A stretch of 64,000 bases of DNA from NCBI RefSeq assembly GCF_013315695.1, contig NZ_CP054353.1. The stretch is one strand, 5' to 3'. The translations under genes were made by a program, and so were the position numbers. The notes under the pieces were generated by a model, which ran no database searches, was not told where the DNA came from, and was given only the letters and a program-made list of their open reading frames with translations. Positions 14,820-27,961 of this stretch are shown here, one piece after another. The DNA comes from Escherichia coli. Lineage in GTDB: Bacteria; Pseudomonadota; Gammaproteobacteria; Enterobacterales; Enterobacteriaceae. How positions within the stretch are numbered: position 1 is the first letter of the stretch; every line of letters starts with the position of its first letter.

Positions 14820-16652
14820 TCAAAACGGAAACAGCATCGGGATCATCACCACACAAACCGCCATCACGATAATGGTGAACGGTCCCCCCAACTTCACAAA
14901 GTCACTGAAGCTGTAATTTCCCGGACCTAAAACCAGTGTGTTAACCGGTGAAGAAACCGGTGTCATAAAAGCGGCGGATGCTGCCATCGCCACGACCATC
15001 GCGAATGGGTAAGGCGACACACCCATCGTTTTGGCAGCAGCCAGCGCAATCGGAGCCATCAACACCGCCGTCGCGGTATTAGAGATAAACAGCCCAATAA
15101 CCGCCGACAGGACAAACAAACAACCCAGCATCATATGTGGCCCGTAACCGCCGCCAATGTCCATCAGCCCTTTCACCGCCAGCGCGACACCTCCCGTTTT
15201 CTGTAATGCCACAGCAAACGGCATCATCCCAACGATCAAAATAATGCTCGGCCAGTGAATGGATTTATAGGCGCTTTCAGCATCGATACAGCGGAATTTC
15301 CCCATCAGCAGGCAGGCGATGATAGCGGCAACAGGATTAGGGATTTCATCGGTAAGCATTAACGCCACCATCAACACCAGGCAAAAAATGGCATGAGGTG
15401 CCTGACTGTGTGCTGGCGATGCTTCACTCACTTCTTCTGGTAAGTTCAGCGCCACAAAGTCACGCCCCTGTTTTGCCAGCATACCGATCAGTTTCCAGTT
15501 ACCCACAACCAGGATGATATCGCCCAGCAGCAGAGGCTCATCCGCCAGCGAACCTTCCATCGCCTCGCCATTGCGCTTTAGCCCCACCACATTCAGTCCG
15601 TAGCGGGTACGAAAACCAATTTCGCGCACCGATTTACCAATAAGTTCAGACTCAGGAATTAATGAAATCTCTGCCATGCCCACATCAAGGGCCTGGTCAG
15701 AAAAATACTCGCCGCGCAGTACCATCGGCTCCAGCAATTGCTCACTACAAAATTGCCGGAGATCGACATCAGCCGCAGACATATCAATAAGCAAAACGTC
15801 ACGCGCGCGAAATTCAGAAACCCCATTAACGTTCACGATAACGCGACGAAAACGCCGCCAGCGTTCAACACCGATGACGTTAGCGCCATAACGCTCACGT
15901 AATTTGAGATCGTCCAGCCGTTGACCAATCATTGGCGAACCGGGGCGAATAGCCAGACGACGCGCACGCCCGGTCAGTCGATATTCACGGATAAGATCGC
16001 GAAAGGTTCGACGCGTCCAGCCTTCGCGCTGCGGGGTCTGGGTATCCCCTTTCAGCATGAAACGCATCACTAACATATACAAAATACCCAGCACCAGCAC
16101 GACCAGGCCAATAGGTGTTACGCTAAAGAAACTAAAACCATGATAGCCTTCACGCAGCAATTCACTGTTGACTACCAGGTTCGGCGGCGTCGCCACCAGC
16201 GTCATCATGCCGCTTATCAGCCCGGCAAAACTTAACGGCATCATCAGGCGCGACGGCGACGTTTGCATACGCATGGCAACGCTTAACACCACGGGAATAA
16301 AGATAGCGACAACGCCGGTTGAACTCATAAACGCGCCAAGCCCCGCGACGGTCAGCATCAACAAAACCAACATTTTGATTTCACTGTTGCCCGCCACTTT
16401 GACCAGCCATGTCCCCATTACAGTGGCAACACCGGTACGGACCAAACCATCGCCAATAATGAACAAGGCGGCAATCAGGACAACGTTAGGATCGGAAAAG
16501 CCGGAAAATACTTCGGGGACCGTCAGCGTTCCGCTTAATGCAAACGCGACAATAACAAACAAAGCGACCGCATCCATACGCACTCTGCCCGTCGCAAACA
16601 AGACGATGGCAACGGCCAGTAATGAAAGAACCCAAATCAATTCACCGTTCAC
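14820..16652 (-). CDS. yfbS: Putative anion transporter YfbS (membrane permease with central cytoplasmic TrkA-C-like domains)
   Basis: 610-aa ORF, hydrophobic N- and C-terminal halves with central soluble region; matches YfbS size and position. Confidence 0.88.
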   Translation of the reverse strand: MNGELIWVLSLLAVAIVLFATGRVRMDAVALFVIVAFALSGTLTVPEVFSGFSDPNVVLIAALFIIGDGLVRTGVATVMGTWLVKVAGNSEIKMLVLLMLTVAGLGAFMSSTGVVAIFIPVVLSVAMRMQTSPSRLMMPLSFAGLISGMMTLVATPPNLVVNSELLREGYHGFSFFSVTPIGLVVLVLGILYMLVMRFMLKGDTQTPQREGWTRRTFRDLIREYRLTGRARRLAIRPGSPMIGQRLDDLKLRERYGANVIGVERWRRFRRVIVNVNGVSEFRARDVLLIDMSAADVDLRQFCSEQLLEPMVLRGEYFSDQALDVGMAEISLIPESELIGKSVREIGFRTRYGLNVVGLKRNGEAMEGSLADEPLLLGDIILVVGNWKLIGMLAKQGRDFVALNLPEEVSEASPAHSQAPHAIFCLVLMVALMLTDEIPNPVAAIIACLLMGKFRCIDAESAYKSIHWPSIILIVGMMPFAVALQKTGGVALAVKGLMDIGGGYGPHMMLGCLFVLSAVIGLFISNTATAVLMAPIALAAAKTMGVSPYPFAMVVAMAASAAFMTPVSSPVNTLVLGPGNYSFSDFVKLGGPFTIIVMAVCVVMIPMLFPF

Positions 16653-16738
16653 AACTTATCCTTGTTAATTGAGGGGGATGACTTGATTCTGCCATAAAAA
16701 AGCCCCGACGAGACGGGGCTAAATCATGATCAGGTGTT

Positions 16739-17389
16739 TCACTGAATAATAACATCGCCATTTGGCTGTTTGGTCACAGTAATTTGCTCCAGACTGTGGA
16801 GGACCAAATCGACCTCATTCAGGCGCGGGGTATCTGCCGGAGCGTTAACCGCAATGACATGACACCCCGCCGCCAGGCCAGAAAGCACGCCAGCGGGAGC
16901 ATCTTCCACCACTACACACTCCTGCGGCGCAAGCCCCAGCAGCTGCGCGCCTAACAGATACGCATCAGGTTCTGGTTTTCCGCGCTTCACTCGCTCAGCG
17001 GTTACAAACACCTCTGGTGCGGGAAGCCCAGCTACTTTATGGCGCGCTCGCGCTACCGGCATGGAGCCAGAAGTCACAATGGCCCATGGAATACCTGCTT
17101 TATTCAAATGATTGAGTAAGGCGATTGCCCCCGGAAGCGCGGTAATACCCTCGGTTTCCGTGGCCTCGATATGCTCCAGACGCGTAAACTCGGCGGCAAT
17201 ATCAGCCTCGGATTTGCCCGCCATAAAATGGCGCAGAGAGGTGATCGCCTGTTTACCGTGAATGAAAGCCAGCACCTCTTCCGGCGCTAACCCATGACGT
17301 CTGGCCCAGTTGCTCCACGCCCGCTCTACCGCAGGCAGGGAATCCACCAGCGTTCCATCAAGATCAAACAGAAAACCTTTGCACCGCAC
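16739..17389 (-). CDS. hxpA: HAD-family sugar-phosphate phosphatase YfbT/HxpA
   Basis: 216-aa ORF with HAD motif I FLFDLDGTLVDS near N-terminus. Confidence 0.9.
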   Translation of the reverse strand: MRCKGFLFDLDGTLVDSLPAVERAWSNWARRHGLAPEEVLAFIHGKQAITSLRHFMAGKSEADIAAEFTRLEHIEATETEGITALPGAIALLNHLNKAGIPWAIVTSGSMPVARARHKVAGLPAPEVFVTAERVKRGKPEPDAYLLGAQLLGLAPQECVVVEDAPAGVLSGLAAGCHVIAVNAPADTPRLNEVDLVLHSLEQITVTKQPNGDVIIQ

Positions 17390-17399
17390 GCGGGCCTCC

Positions 17400-17972
<573 letters not shown>

Positions 17973-17976
17973 TCAA

Positions 17977-18432
17977 TTACAAATCATCAAGGAAAGTTTT
18001 ATCCAGTTGTTTGAAGGCGCGCTTAAGCGTGTCAGCTAATGCCTGGTAATCAGGCTTGCCTTCAACGGGTGCCAACACCTGTCCAGACTCCTGCAATTTA
18101 CCGCGAACTTCATAAAACCAGTTGAGGATTGCAGGAGGTAATGGCGTTACAGAACGCTTGCCCAGCCACCACAATCCCTGCATGGGTAAACTTAAGGCGA
18201 ACAGCGCAGTGGCAACTGCCGGCCCAAGCTGACCGCCCAGGGCAATCTGCCAGCAGAGAGTAAATACGGCGATCGGCGGCATAAAACGGATCGCATAACG
18301 CGTCATCTTGATAACGCGATTTTCGACAAAGACCGGGGCAAGGCGTTTTTCCAGCGGCCACGTCTTTGAGTAATGCTGTCCCCGGCGAAACAAGCTAAAA
18401 AAATTAACAGAACGATTATCCGGCGTTGACAT
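17977..18432 (-). CDS. yfbV: Inner-membrane protein YfbV (UPF0208)
   Basis: 151-aa ORF with two predicted TM helices; divergent from ackA. Confidence 0.9.
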
Positions 18433-18769
18433 GCTTCACCTCAACTTCACATATAAAAATTCAAAAATTTGTGCAAATTCACAACTCAGCGGGACAACGT
18501 TCAAAACATTTTGTCTTCCATACCCACTATCAGGTATCCTTTAGCAGCCTGAAGGCCTAAGTAGTACATATTCATTGAGTCGTCAAATTCATATACATTA
18601 TGCCATTGGCTGAAAATTACGCAAAATGGCATAGACTCAAGATATTTCTTCCATCATGCAAAAAAAATTTGCAGTGCATGATGTTAATCATAAATGTCGG
18701 TGTCATCATGCGCTACGCTCTATGGCTCCCTGACGTTTTTTTAGCCACGTATCAATTATAGGTACTTCC
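18433..18769. promoter_or_regulatory. yfbV-ackA divergent promoter region
   Basis: 337-bp AT-rich non-coding spacer between divergent starts; AGGTA ribosome-binding sequence ahead of ackA ATG. Confidence 0.55.
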
Positions 18770-19972
18770 ATGTCGAGTAAGTTAGTACTGGTTCTGAACT
18801 GCGGTAGTTCTTCACTGAAATTTGCAATCATCGATGCAGTAAATGGTGAAGAGTACCTTTCTGGTTTAGCCGAATGTTTCCACCTGCCCGAAGCACGTAT
18901 CAAATGGAAAATGGACGGCAATAAACAGGAAGCGGCTTTAGGTGCAGGCGCCGCTCACAGCGAAGCGCTCAACTTTATCGTTAATACTATTCTGGCACAA
19001 AAACCAGAACTGTCTGCGCAGCTGACTGCTATCGGTCACCGTATCGTACACGGCGGCGAAAAGTATACCAGCTCCGTAGTGATCGATGAGTCTGTTATTC
19101 AGGGTATCAAAGATGCAGCTTCTTTTGCACCGCTGCACAACCCGGCTCACCTGATCGGTATCGAAGAAGCTCTGAAATCTTTCCCACAGCTGAAAGACAA
19201 AAACGTTGCTGTATTTGACACCGCGTTCCACCAGACTATGCCGGAAGAGTCTTACCTCTACGCCCTGCCGTACAACCTGTACAAAGAGCACGGCATCCGT
19301 CGTTACGGCGCGCACGGCACCAGCCACTTCTATGTAACCCAGGAAGCGGCAAAAATGCTGAACAAACCGGTAGAAGAACTGAACATCATCACCTGCCACC
19401 TGGGCAACGGTGGTTCCGTTTCTGCTATCCGCAACGGTAAATGCGTTGACACCTCTATGGGCCTGACCCCGCTGGAAGGTCTGGTCATGGGTACCCGTTC
19501 TGGTGATATCGATCCGGCGATCATCTTCCACCTGCACGACACCCTGGGCATGAGCGTTGACGCAATCAACAAACTGCTGACCAAAGAGTCTGGCCTGCTG
19601 GGTCTGACCGAAGTGACCAGCGACTGCCGCTATGTTGAAGACAACTACGCGACGAAAGAAGACGCGAAGCGCGCAATGGACGTTTACTGCCACCGCCTGG
19701 CGAAATACATCGGTGCCTACACTGCGCTGATGGATGGTCGTCTGGACGCTGTTGTATTCACCGGTGGTATCGGTGAAAATGCCGCGATGGTTCGTGAACT
19801 GTCTCTGGGCAAACTGGGCGTGCTGGGCTTTGAAGTTGATCATGAACGCAACCTGGCTGCACGTTTCGGCAAATCTGGTTTCATCAACAAAGAAGGTACC
19901 CGTCCTGCGGTGGTTATCCCAACCAACGAAGAACTGGTTATCGCGCAAGACGCGAGCCGCCTGACTGCCTGA
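18770..19972 (+). CDS. ackA: Acetate kinase
   Basis: 400-aa [35 protein letters not shown]...; strongly biased codon usage. Confidence 0.97.
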   Translation: MSSKLVLVLNCGSSSLKFAIIDAVNGEEYLSGLAECFHLPEARIKWKMDGNKQEAALGAGAAHSEALNFIVNTILAQKPELSAQLTAIGHRIVHGGEKYTSSVVIDESVIQGIKDAASFAPLHNPAHLIGIEEALKSFPQLKDKNVAVFDTAFHQTMPEESYLYALPYNLYKEHGIRRYGAHGTSHFYVTQEAAKMLNKPVEELNIITCHLGNGGSVSAIRNGKCVDTSMGLTPLEGLVMGTRSGDIDPAIIFHLHDTLGMSVDAINKLLTKESGLLGLTEVTSDCRYVEDNYATKEDAKRAMDVYCHRLAKYIGAYTALMDGRLDAVVFTGGIGENAAMVRELSLGKLGVLGFEVDHERNLAARFGKSGFINKEGTRPAVVIPTNEELVIAQDASRLTA

Positions 19973-19979
19973 TTTCACA

Positions 19980-20009
19980 CCGCCAGCTCAGCTGGCGGTG
20001 CTGTTTTGT
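19980..20009 (+). terminator. ackA-pta intergenic hairpin (partial terminator/attenuator)
   Basis: CCGCCAGC-tca-GCTGGCGG followed by tgctgtttt, 8 nt after ackA stop. Confidence 0.5.
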
Positions 20010-20046
20010 AACCCGCCAAATCGGCGGTAACGAAAGAGGATAAACC

Positions 20047-22191
20047 GTGTCCCGTATTATTATGCTGATCCCTACCGGAACCAGCGTCGGTCTGACCAGC
20101 GTCAGCCTTGGCGTGATCCGTGCAATGGAACGCAAAGGCGTTCGTCTGAGCGTTTTCAAACCTATCGCTCAGCCGCGTACCGGTGGCGATGCGCCCGATC
20201 AGACTACGACTATCGTGCGTGCGAACTCTTCCACCACGACGGCCGCTGAACCGCTGAAAATGAGCTACGTTGAAGGTCTGCTTTCCAGCAATCAGAAAGA
20301 TGTGCTGATGGAAGAGATCGTCGCGAACTACCACGCTAACACCAAAGACGCTGAAGTCGTTCTGGTTGAAGGTCTGGTCCCGACACGTAAACACCAGTTT
20401 GCCCAGTCTCTGAACTACGAAATCGCTAAAACGCTGAATGCGGAAATCGTCTTCGTTATGTCTCAGGGCACTGATACTCCGGAACAGTTGAAAGAGCGTA
20501 TCGAACTGACTCGCAACAGCTTCGGCGGTGCAAAAAACACCAATATTACCGGCGTTATCGTTAACAAACTGAACGCTCCGGTTGATGAGCAGGGTCGTAC
20601 CCGTCCGGATCTGTCCGAGATTTTTGACGACTCCACCAAAGCAAAAGTGAACAACGTTGATCCGGCGAAGCTGCAAGAATCCAGCCCGCTGCCGGTTCTC
20701 GGCGCTGTGCCGTGGAGCTTTGACCTGATCGCGACTCGTGCGATCGATATGGCTCGCCACCTGAATGCGACCATCATCAACGAAGGCGACATCAATACTC
20801 GCCGCGTTAAATCCGTCACTTTCTGCGCACGCAGCATTCCGCACATGCTGGAGCACTTCCGTGCCGGTTCTCTGCTGGTGACTTCCGCAGACCGCCCTGA
20901 CGTGCTGGTTGCCGCTTGCCTGGCTGCCATGAACGGCGTAGAAATCAGTGCCCTGCTGCTGACTGGCGGCTACGAAATGGACGCGCGCATTTCTAAACTG
21001 TGCGAACGTGCTTTCGCTACTGGCCTGCCGGTATTTATGGTGAACACCAACACCTGGCAGACCTCTCTGAGCCTGCAGAGCTTCAACCTGGAAGTTCCGG
21101 TTGACGATCATGAGCGTATCGAGAAAGTTCAGGAATACGTGGCTAACTACATCAACGCTGACTGGATCGATTCTCTGACTGCCACTTCTGAGCGCAGCCG
21201 TCGTCTGTCTCCGCCAGCGTTCCGTTATCAGCTGACTGAACTTGCGCGCAAAGCGGGCAAACGTATCGTTCTGCCGGAAGGTGACGAACCGCGTACCGTT
21301 AAAGCAGCCGCTATCTGTGCTGAACGTGGTATCGCAACTTGCGTACTGCTGGGTAATCCGGCAGAGATCAACCGTGTTGCAGCCTCTCAGGGTGTAGAAC
21401 TGGGTGCAGGCATTGAAATCGTTGATCCAGAAGTGGTTCGCGAAAACTATGTTGGTCGTCTGGTCGAACTGCGTAAGAACAAAGGCATGACCGAAACCGT
21501 TGCCCGCGAACAGCTGGAAGACAACGTGGTTCTCGGTACGCTGATGCTGGAACAAGATGAAGTTGATGGTCTGGTTTCCGGTGCTGTTCACACCACCGCA
21601 AACACCATCCGTCCGCCGCTGCAGCTGATCAAAACTGCACCGGGCAGCTCCCTGGTATCTTCCGTGTTCTTCATGCTGTTGCCGGAACAGGTTTACGTTT
21701 ACGGTGACTGTGCGATCAACCCGGATCCGACTGCAGAACAGCTGGCAGAAATCGCGATTCAGTCCGCTGATTCCGCTGCGGCCTTCGGTATCGAACCGCG
21801 CGTTGCTATGCTCTCCTACTCCACCGGGACTTCTGGTGCTGGTAGCGACGTAGAAAAAGTTCGCGAAGCAACTCGTCTGGCGCAGGAAAAACGTCCTGAC
21901 CTGATGATCGACGGTCCGCTGCAGTACGACGCTGCGGTAATGGCTGACGTTGCGAAATCCAAAGCACCGAACTCTCCGGTTGCAGGTCGCGCTACCGTGT
22001 TCATCTTCCCGGATCTGAACACCGGTAACACCACCTACAAAGCGGTACAGCGTTCTGCCGATCTGATCTCCATCGGGCCGATGCTGCAGGGTATGCGCAA
22101 GCCGGTTAACGATCTGTCCCGTGGCGCACTGGTTGACGATATCGTCTACACCATCGCGCTGACTGCGATTCAGTCTGCACAGCAGCAGTAA
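20047..22191 (+). CDS. pta: Phosphate acetyltransferase
   Basis: 714-aa ORF with GTG start ([31 protein letters not shown]...); immediately downstream of ackA. Confidence 0.97.
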   Translation: MSRIIMLIPTGTSVGLTSVSLGVIRAMERKGVRLSVFKPIAQPRTGGDAPDQTTTIVRANSSTTTAAEPLKMSYVEGLLSSNQKDVLMEEIVANYHANTKDAEVVLVEGLVPTRKHQFAQSLNYEIAKTLNAEIVFVMSQGTDTPEQLKERIELTRNSFGGAKNTNITGVIVNKLNAPVDEQGRTRPDLSEIFDDSTKAKVNNVDPAKLQESSPLPVLGAVPWSFDLIATRAIDMARHLNATIINEGDINTRRVKSVTFCARSIPHMLEHFRAGSLLVTSADRPDVLVAACLAAMNGVEISALLLTGGYEMDARISKLCERAFATGLPVFMVNTNTWQTSLSLQSFNLEVPVDDHERIEKVQEYVANYINADWIDSLTATSERSRRLSPPAFRYQLTELARKAGKRIVLPEGDEPRTVKAAAICAERGIATCVLLGNPAEINRVAASQGVELGAGIEIVDPEVVRENYVGRLVELRKNKGMTETVAREQLEDNVVLGTLMLEQDEVDGLVSGAVHTTANTIRPPLQLIKTAPGSSLVSSVFFMLLPEQVYVYGDCAINPDPTAEQLAEIAIQSADSAAAFGIEPRVAMLSYSTGTSGAGSDVEKVREATRLAQEKRPDLMIDGPLQYDAAVMADVAKSKAPNSPVAGRATVFIFPDLNTGNTTYKAVQRSADLISIGPMLQGMRKPVNDLSRGALVDDIVYTIALTAIQSAQQQ

Positions 22192-22229
22192 TCTCGTCAT
22201 CATCCGCAGCTTTGCGCTGCGGATATCGG

Positions 22230-22261
22230 AACCGGAAATAGTCACTATTTCCGGTTTTTTA
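22230..22261 (+). terminator. Rho-independent terminator downstream of pta
   Basis: ACCGGAAATAG-tca-CTATTTCCGG followed by TTTTTT; preceded by a second hairpin CCGCAGC...GCTGCGG. Confidence 0.85.
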
Positions 22262-22380
22262 TTCTCTTAATTTGCATTAATCCTTTCTGATTATCTTGCT
22301 TAACTGCGCTGCATCAATGAATTGCGCCATCTCACTTTGCATACTTACCACTTTGTTTTGTGCAAGGGAATATTTGCGCT

Positions 22381-23901
22381 ATGTCCGCAATCACTGAATC
22401 TAAACCAACAAGAAGATGGGCAATGCCCGATACGTTGGTGATTATCTTTTTTGTTGCTATTTTAACCAGCCTTGCCACCTGGGTAGTTCCGGTGGGGATG
22501 TTTGACAGTCAGGAAGTGCAGTATCAGGTTGATGGTCAAACAAAAACACGCAAAGTCGTAGATCCACACTCATTTCGCATTCTGACTAACGAAGCAGGCG
22601 AACCTGAGTATCACCGCGTACAGCTGTTCACGACGGGCGATGAACGCCCGGGTCTGATGAACTTCCCGTTTGAAGGGTTAACCTCAGGATCGAAATACGG
22701 GACAGCCGTTGGCATCATCATGTTTATGCTGGTGATTGGCGGCGCGTTTGGCATTGTGATGCGTACAGGAACCATTGATAACGGTATCCTGGCGCTTATT
22801 CGCCATACTCGCGGGAATGAAATTCTCTTTATTCCTGCGCTGTTTATTCTGTTTTCACTTGGCGGTGCGGTATTTGGTATGGGGGAAGAGGCCGTCGCCT
22901 TTGCCATTATCATCGCACCGCTAATGGTCCGGCTGGGCTATGACAGTATTACCACCGTCCTGGTGACCTATATTGCCACGCAAATCGGTTTTGCCAGTTC
23001 GTGGATGAACCCGTTTTGTGTGGTCGTTGCTCAGGGGATTGCCGGCGTTCCGGTGCTTTCTGGCTCCGGGTTGCGCATCGTGGTGTGGGTTATCGCCACT
23101 CTGATTGGCCTGATCTTTACCATGGTGTACGCCTCACGAGTGAAAAAGAATCCTCTTCTGTCACGCGTGCATGAGTCCGACCGCTTCTTTCGTGAAAAGC
23201 AGGCGGATGTTGAACAACGTCCGTTTACCTTTGGTGACTGGCTGGTATTGATTGTCCTGACCGCCGTAATGGTCTGGGTGATTTGGGGCGTGATCGTTAA
23301 TGCCTGGTTTATTCCAGAAATTGCCAGCCAGTTCTTCACCATGGGTCTGGTGATTGGCATCATCGGCGTTGTTTTCCGCCTTAACGGCATGACGGTTAAT
23401 ACCATGGCTTCATCCTTCACCGAAGGGGCGCGAATGATGATCGCCCCTGCCCTGCTGGTAGGTTTCGCCAAAGGGATTTTGCTGCTGGTCGGTAATGGTG
23501 AAGCGGGTGATGCCAGCGTGTTAAATACCATCCTCAACAGCATTGCCAATGCCATTAGCGGTCTGGATAACGCGGTCGCGGCCTGGTTTATGTTGCTCTT
23601 CCAGGCGGTATTTAATTTCTTCGTGACGTCCGGTTCTGGTCAGGCGGCGTTAACCATGCCGTTACTGGCACCGCTTGGCGATCTGGTCGGTGTTAACCGT
23701 CAGGTTACCGTGCTGGCGTTCCAGTTTGGTGATGGCTTCAGCCACATCATTTACCCGACCTCAGCTTCGTTAATGGCAACGCTCGGTGTTTGCCGGGTGG
23801 ACTTCCGTAACTGGCTGAAGGTGGGCGCGACCCTGCTTGGACTGCTGTTTATTATGTCCAGCGTCGTGGTGATCGGCGCTCAGTTGATGGGCTACCACTA
23901 A
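22381..23901 (+). CDS. yfcC: Putative inner-membrane transporter YfcC
   Basis: ORF 22360..23901; polytopic membrane protein; probable start MSAITESK (506 aa). Confidence 0.88.
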   Translation: MSAITESKPTRRWAMPDTLVIIFFVAILTSLATWVVPVGMFDSQEVQYQVDGQTKTRKVVDPHSFRILTNEAGEPEYHRVQLFTTGDERPGLMNFPFEGLTSGSKYGTAVGIIMFMLVIGGAFGIVMRTGTIDNGILALIRHTRGNEILFIPALFILFSLGGAVFGMGEEAVAFAIIIAPLMVRLGYDSITTVLVTYIATQIGFASSWMNPFCVVVAQGIAGVPVLSGSGLRIVVWVIATLIGLIFTMVYASRVKKNPLLSRVHESDRFFREKQADVEQRPFTFGDWLVLIVLTAVMVWVIWGVIVNAWFIPEIASQFFTMGLVIGIIGVVFRLNGMTVNTMASSFTEGARMMIAPALLVGFAKGILLLVGNGEAGDASVLNTILNSIANAISGLDNAVAAWFMLLFQAVFNFFVTSGSGQAALTMPLLAPLGDLVGVNRQVTVLAFQFGDGFSHIIYPTSASLMATLGVCRVDFRNWLKVGATLLGLLFIMSSVVVIGAQLMGYH

Positions 23902-23909
23902 AAATGTTA

Positions 23910-23935
23910 AGAGCCGCAATTGCGGCTCTTTTTTC
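23910..23935. terminator. Bidirectional intrinsic terminator between convergent yfcC and yfcD
   Basis: GAGCCGCAATTGCGGCTC followed by TTTTTT, right after yfcC stop. Confidence 0.8.
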
Positions 23936-24476
23936 ATTCTGCCGTTTCAGTTTCTACGGCTTCATTTTTGGCATTGCGCTTCATCCACAACGCCAGCGCT
24001 TTCAGCGAGTCTGGAGTGAACTCATCGCAGCGTGCGGTGATTTCTTCCGGCGTCAGCCAGCAAACTTCACTGACTTCATCTTCCTGTAGGGCGAAGGGAC
24101 CGTGAGAGACGCAACTGAACAACGCGCCCCAGACACGGCAATTTTTATCTTCGAAATAGAACTGCCCGTGCTCGGCAAAGGGGACACCGGCAATGCCCAA
24201 CTCTTCTTCCGCTTCGCGACGCGCGGATTCCAGCAGTTGCTCATCGGCCTGGACCACACCGCCTGCGGTCGCATCTAACATGCCGGGTAAAAAGTCTTTT
24301 GTCTCGGTACGACGCTGGACCAGAATTTTGCCCATGCCATCATGCACGACGATGTAAGTTGCACGATGACGCAGACACTGTGCCCGCATCTGTTCCCGGC
24401 TGGCTTGTGCAATGACTTCGTTCTCTTCATTGACAATATCCACCCATTCAGTACTTGCCAAACGACGCTGTTCCAT
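23934..24476 (-). CDS. yfcD: Nudix hydrolase YfcD
   Basis: 180-aa ORF with Nudix box ([24 protein letters not shown]). Confidence 0.92.
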
Positions 24477-24533
24477 TATCAGGAAACCTTCTTTTTCTGG
24501 CGCTCTTACGGCGCATTTTGAGTTGTGGGTAAA

Positions 24534-25088
24534 TTACGGATTAATCGCGACCTGCGCAATGATACTTTGATCATTGAGTGCGATTACACTAAGTACGTCA
24601 TTATCCAGCATGCCATAACTCGCCGGATTACCGCCTTTAGGAATACTCACCGAGCCGGGATTGAAGTGGAAAATCTCCCCCCGCTGTTCTGCCACTGGCA
24701 GATGGGTATGACCGTACACCAGCACATCGTTCTGGTTTAAAGCAGGTAGGTTTTCCGGGCCAAAAAGATGACCATGCGTCAAAAACAGACGTTGTTTTTC
24801 CAGTAATACCTGTTGCCATGGCGCGGTTATCGGGAAATGCAAAAGCATTTGATCCACTTCGCTGTCGCAGTTGCCGCGCACAGCGATAACCTTATGTGCC
24901 ACTTCATTAAGCCGTTCAGCGACTTTGGCTGGCGCGTAACCCTCCGGTAAAGCATTACGCGGGCCGTGATTCAACACGTCGCCAAGGATCACCAGCCACT
25001 GGGCACCGCTTTGGGCAAACAACTCCAGAACACGTTCCGTCGCCGGTAACGACCCATGAATGTCCGATGCAAACATCAGTTTCATCAC
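24534..25088 (-). CDS. yfcE: Metallophosphoesterase YfcE
   Basis: 184-aa ORF MMKLMFASDIHGSL...GDVLNHGPRN...GHTH, calcineurin-like phosphoesterase motifs. Confidence 0.92.
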   Translation of the reverse strand: MMKLMFASDIHGSLPATERVLELFAQSGAQWLVILGDVLNHGPRNALPEGYAPAKVAERLNEVAHKVIAVRGNCDSEVDQMLLHFPITAPWQQVLLEKQRLFLTHGHLFGPENLPALNQNDVLVYGHTHLPVAEQRGEIFHFNPGSVSIPKGGNPASYGMLDNDVLSVIALNDQSIIAQVAINP

Positions 25089-25091
25089 TCA

Positions 25092-26568
<1,477 letters not shown>

Positions 26569-26624
26569 CAGAAACAGGTTCTCGTGTATTATTTCATCCT
26601 AAGTAAAACAACGGAGAACCTGCA

Positions 26625-26987
26625 ATGGCACAACCTGCCGCTATTATTCGTATAAAGAACCTTCGTTTACGTACGTTTATCGGAATTAAGGAAGAAGAAA
26701 TTAACAACCGTCAGGATATTGTTATCAATGTGACGATCCACTACCCCGCCGATAAAGCGCGCACTAGCGAAGATATCAACGATGCGCTGAATTATCGCAC
26801 CGTAACGAAAAACATTATTCAGCATGTAGAGAATAACCGTTTCTCTTTGCTGGAAAAATTAACTCAGGATGTGCTCGATATCGCACGTGAACATCACTGG
26901 GTGACGTATGCTGAAGTGGAGATCGATAAACTGCACGCGCTGCGCTACGCCGATTCGGTATCCATGACCTTAAGCTGGCAGCGTTAA
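26625..26987 (+). CDS. folX: Dihydroneopterin triphosphate 2'-epimerase
   Basis: 120-aa [33 protein letters not shown]...; FolB/FolX fold; size and position. Confidence 0.92.
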
Positions 26988-27007
26988 CCGCCATATCGGG
27001 AGGCTGC

Positions 27008-27901
27008 ATGAAGATAGTGATCACCGGAGGGACGGGATTAATTGGTCGCCATTTGATTCCGCGTTTGCTGGATCTGGGCCATCAAATCACGGTAGTGACG
27101 CGTAACCCGCAGAAAGCCAGTTCCGTTCTCGGCCCTCGGGTGACACTATGGCAAGGGCTTGCCGATCAAAGTAACCTCAACGGCGTTGATGCGGTAATCA
27201 ACCTGGCCGGAGAACCGATTGCTGATAAACGCTGGACTCACGAGCAAAAAGAGCGTCTCTGCCAAAGCCGCTGGAATATCACGCAAAAACTGGTCGATTT
27301 GATTAATGCCAGCGACACGCCACCGTCGGTACTCATTTCCGGCTCGGCAACGGGCTATTATGGCGACTTAGGTGAAGTGGTGGTTACCGAAGAGGAACCG
27401 CCGCATAACGAATTTACCCATAAACTCTGCGCCCGCTGGGAAGAAATTGCCTGTCGGGCACAAAGTGACAAAACGCGAGTGTGCCTGCTGCGTACCGGCG
27501 TAGTGCTGGCACCGGATGGCGGTATTCTCGGTAAAATGCTGCCGCCGTTTCGTCTTGGCCTGGGCGGGCCGATTGGTTCCGGTCGGCAGTATCTGGCCTG
27601 GATTCATATTGATGATATGGTCAACGGCATTCTCTGGCTGCTGGATAACGAGCTGCGCGGGCCATTTAATATGGTTTCGCCCTACCCGGTACGCAATGAA
27701 CAATTTGCCCATGCGCTCGGTCATGCGCTGCATCGCCCGGCTATTTTGCGCGTCCCCGCAACCGCCATTCGGCTGTTAATGGGCGAATCTTCAGTACTGG
27801 TATTAGGTGGACAACGCGCGCTGCCTAAACGGCTGGAAGAAGCGGGTTTTGCGTTTCGTTGGTACGATTTAGAAGAGGCGCTGGAAAACGTAGTCCAGTA
27901 A
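27008..27901 (+). CDS. yfcH: Epimerase-family protein YfcH (NAD-binding Rossmann, SDR39U1-like)
   Basis: 297-aa [19 protein letters not shown]... with GxxGxxG motif. Confidence 0.92.
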   Translation: MKIVITGGTGLIGRHLIPRLLDLGHQITVVTRNPQKASSVLGPRVTLWQGLADQSNLNGVDAVINLAGEPIADKRWTHEQKERLCQSRWNITQKLVDLINASDTPPSVLISGSATGYYGDLGEVVVTEEEPPHNEFTHKLCARWEEIACRAQSDKTRVCLLRTGVVLAPDGGILGKMLPPFRLGLGGPIGSGRQYLAWIHIDDMVNGILWLLDNELRGPFNMVSPYPVRNEQFAHALGHALHRPAILRVPATAIRLLMGESSVLVLGGQRALPKRLEEAGFAFRWYDLEEALENVVQ

Positions 27902-27910
27902 TTTTTTACG

Positions 27911-27947
27911 TTCTTTCATGCCTGGCAATTATTACCAGGCATGAAAG
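27911..27947. terminator. Bidirectional hairpin terminator after yfcH
   Basis: 13-bp perfect stem CTTTCATGCCTGG-caattatta-CCAGGCATGAAAG preceded by TTTTTT. Confidence 0.75.
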
Positions 27948-27961
27948 CGCGTTATTTACCT

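Noticed and set aside
19975-22245. 756-aa ORF on the minus strand covering all of pta (longer than pta itself), and a 346-aa antisense ORF across ackA (18938-19978)
   Set aside because: The sense-strand genes are unmistakable, with strong codon bias and known protein sequences. Highly expressed genes avoid the sense codons that would create antisense stops, so long open antisense frames are expected artefacts. The antisense translations are low-complexity and Arg/Val/Thr-rich with no recognisable motifs.
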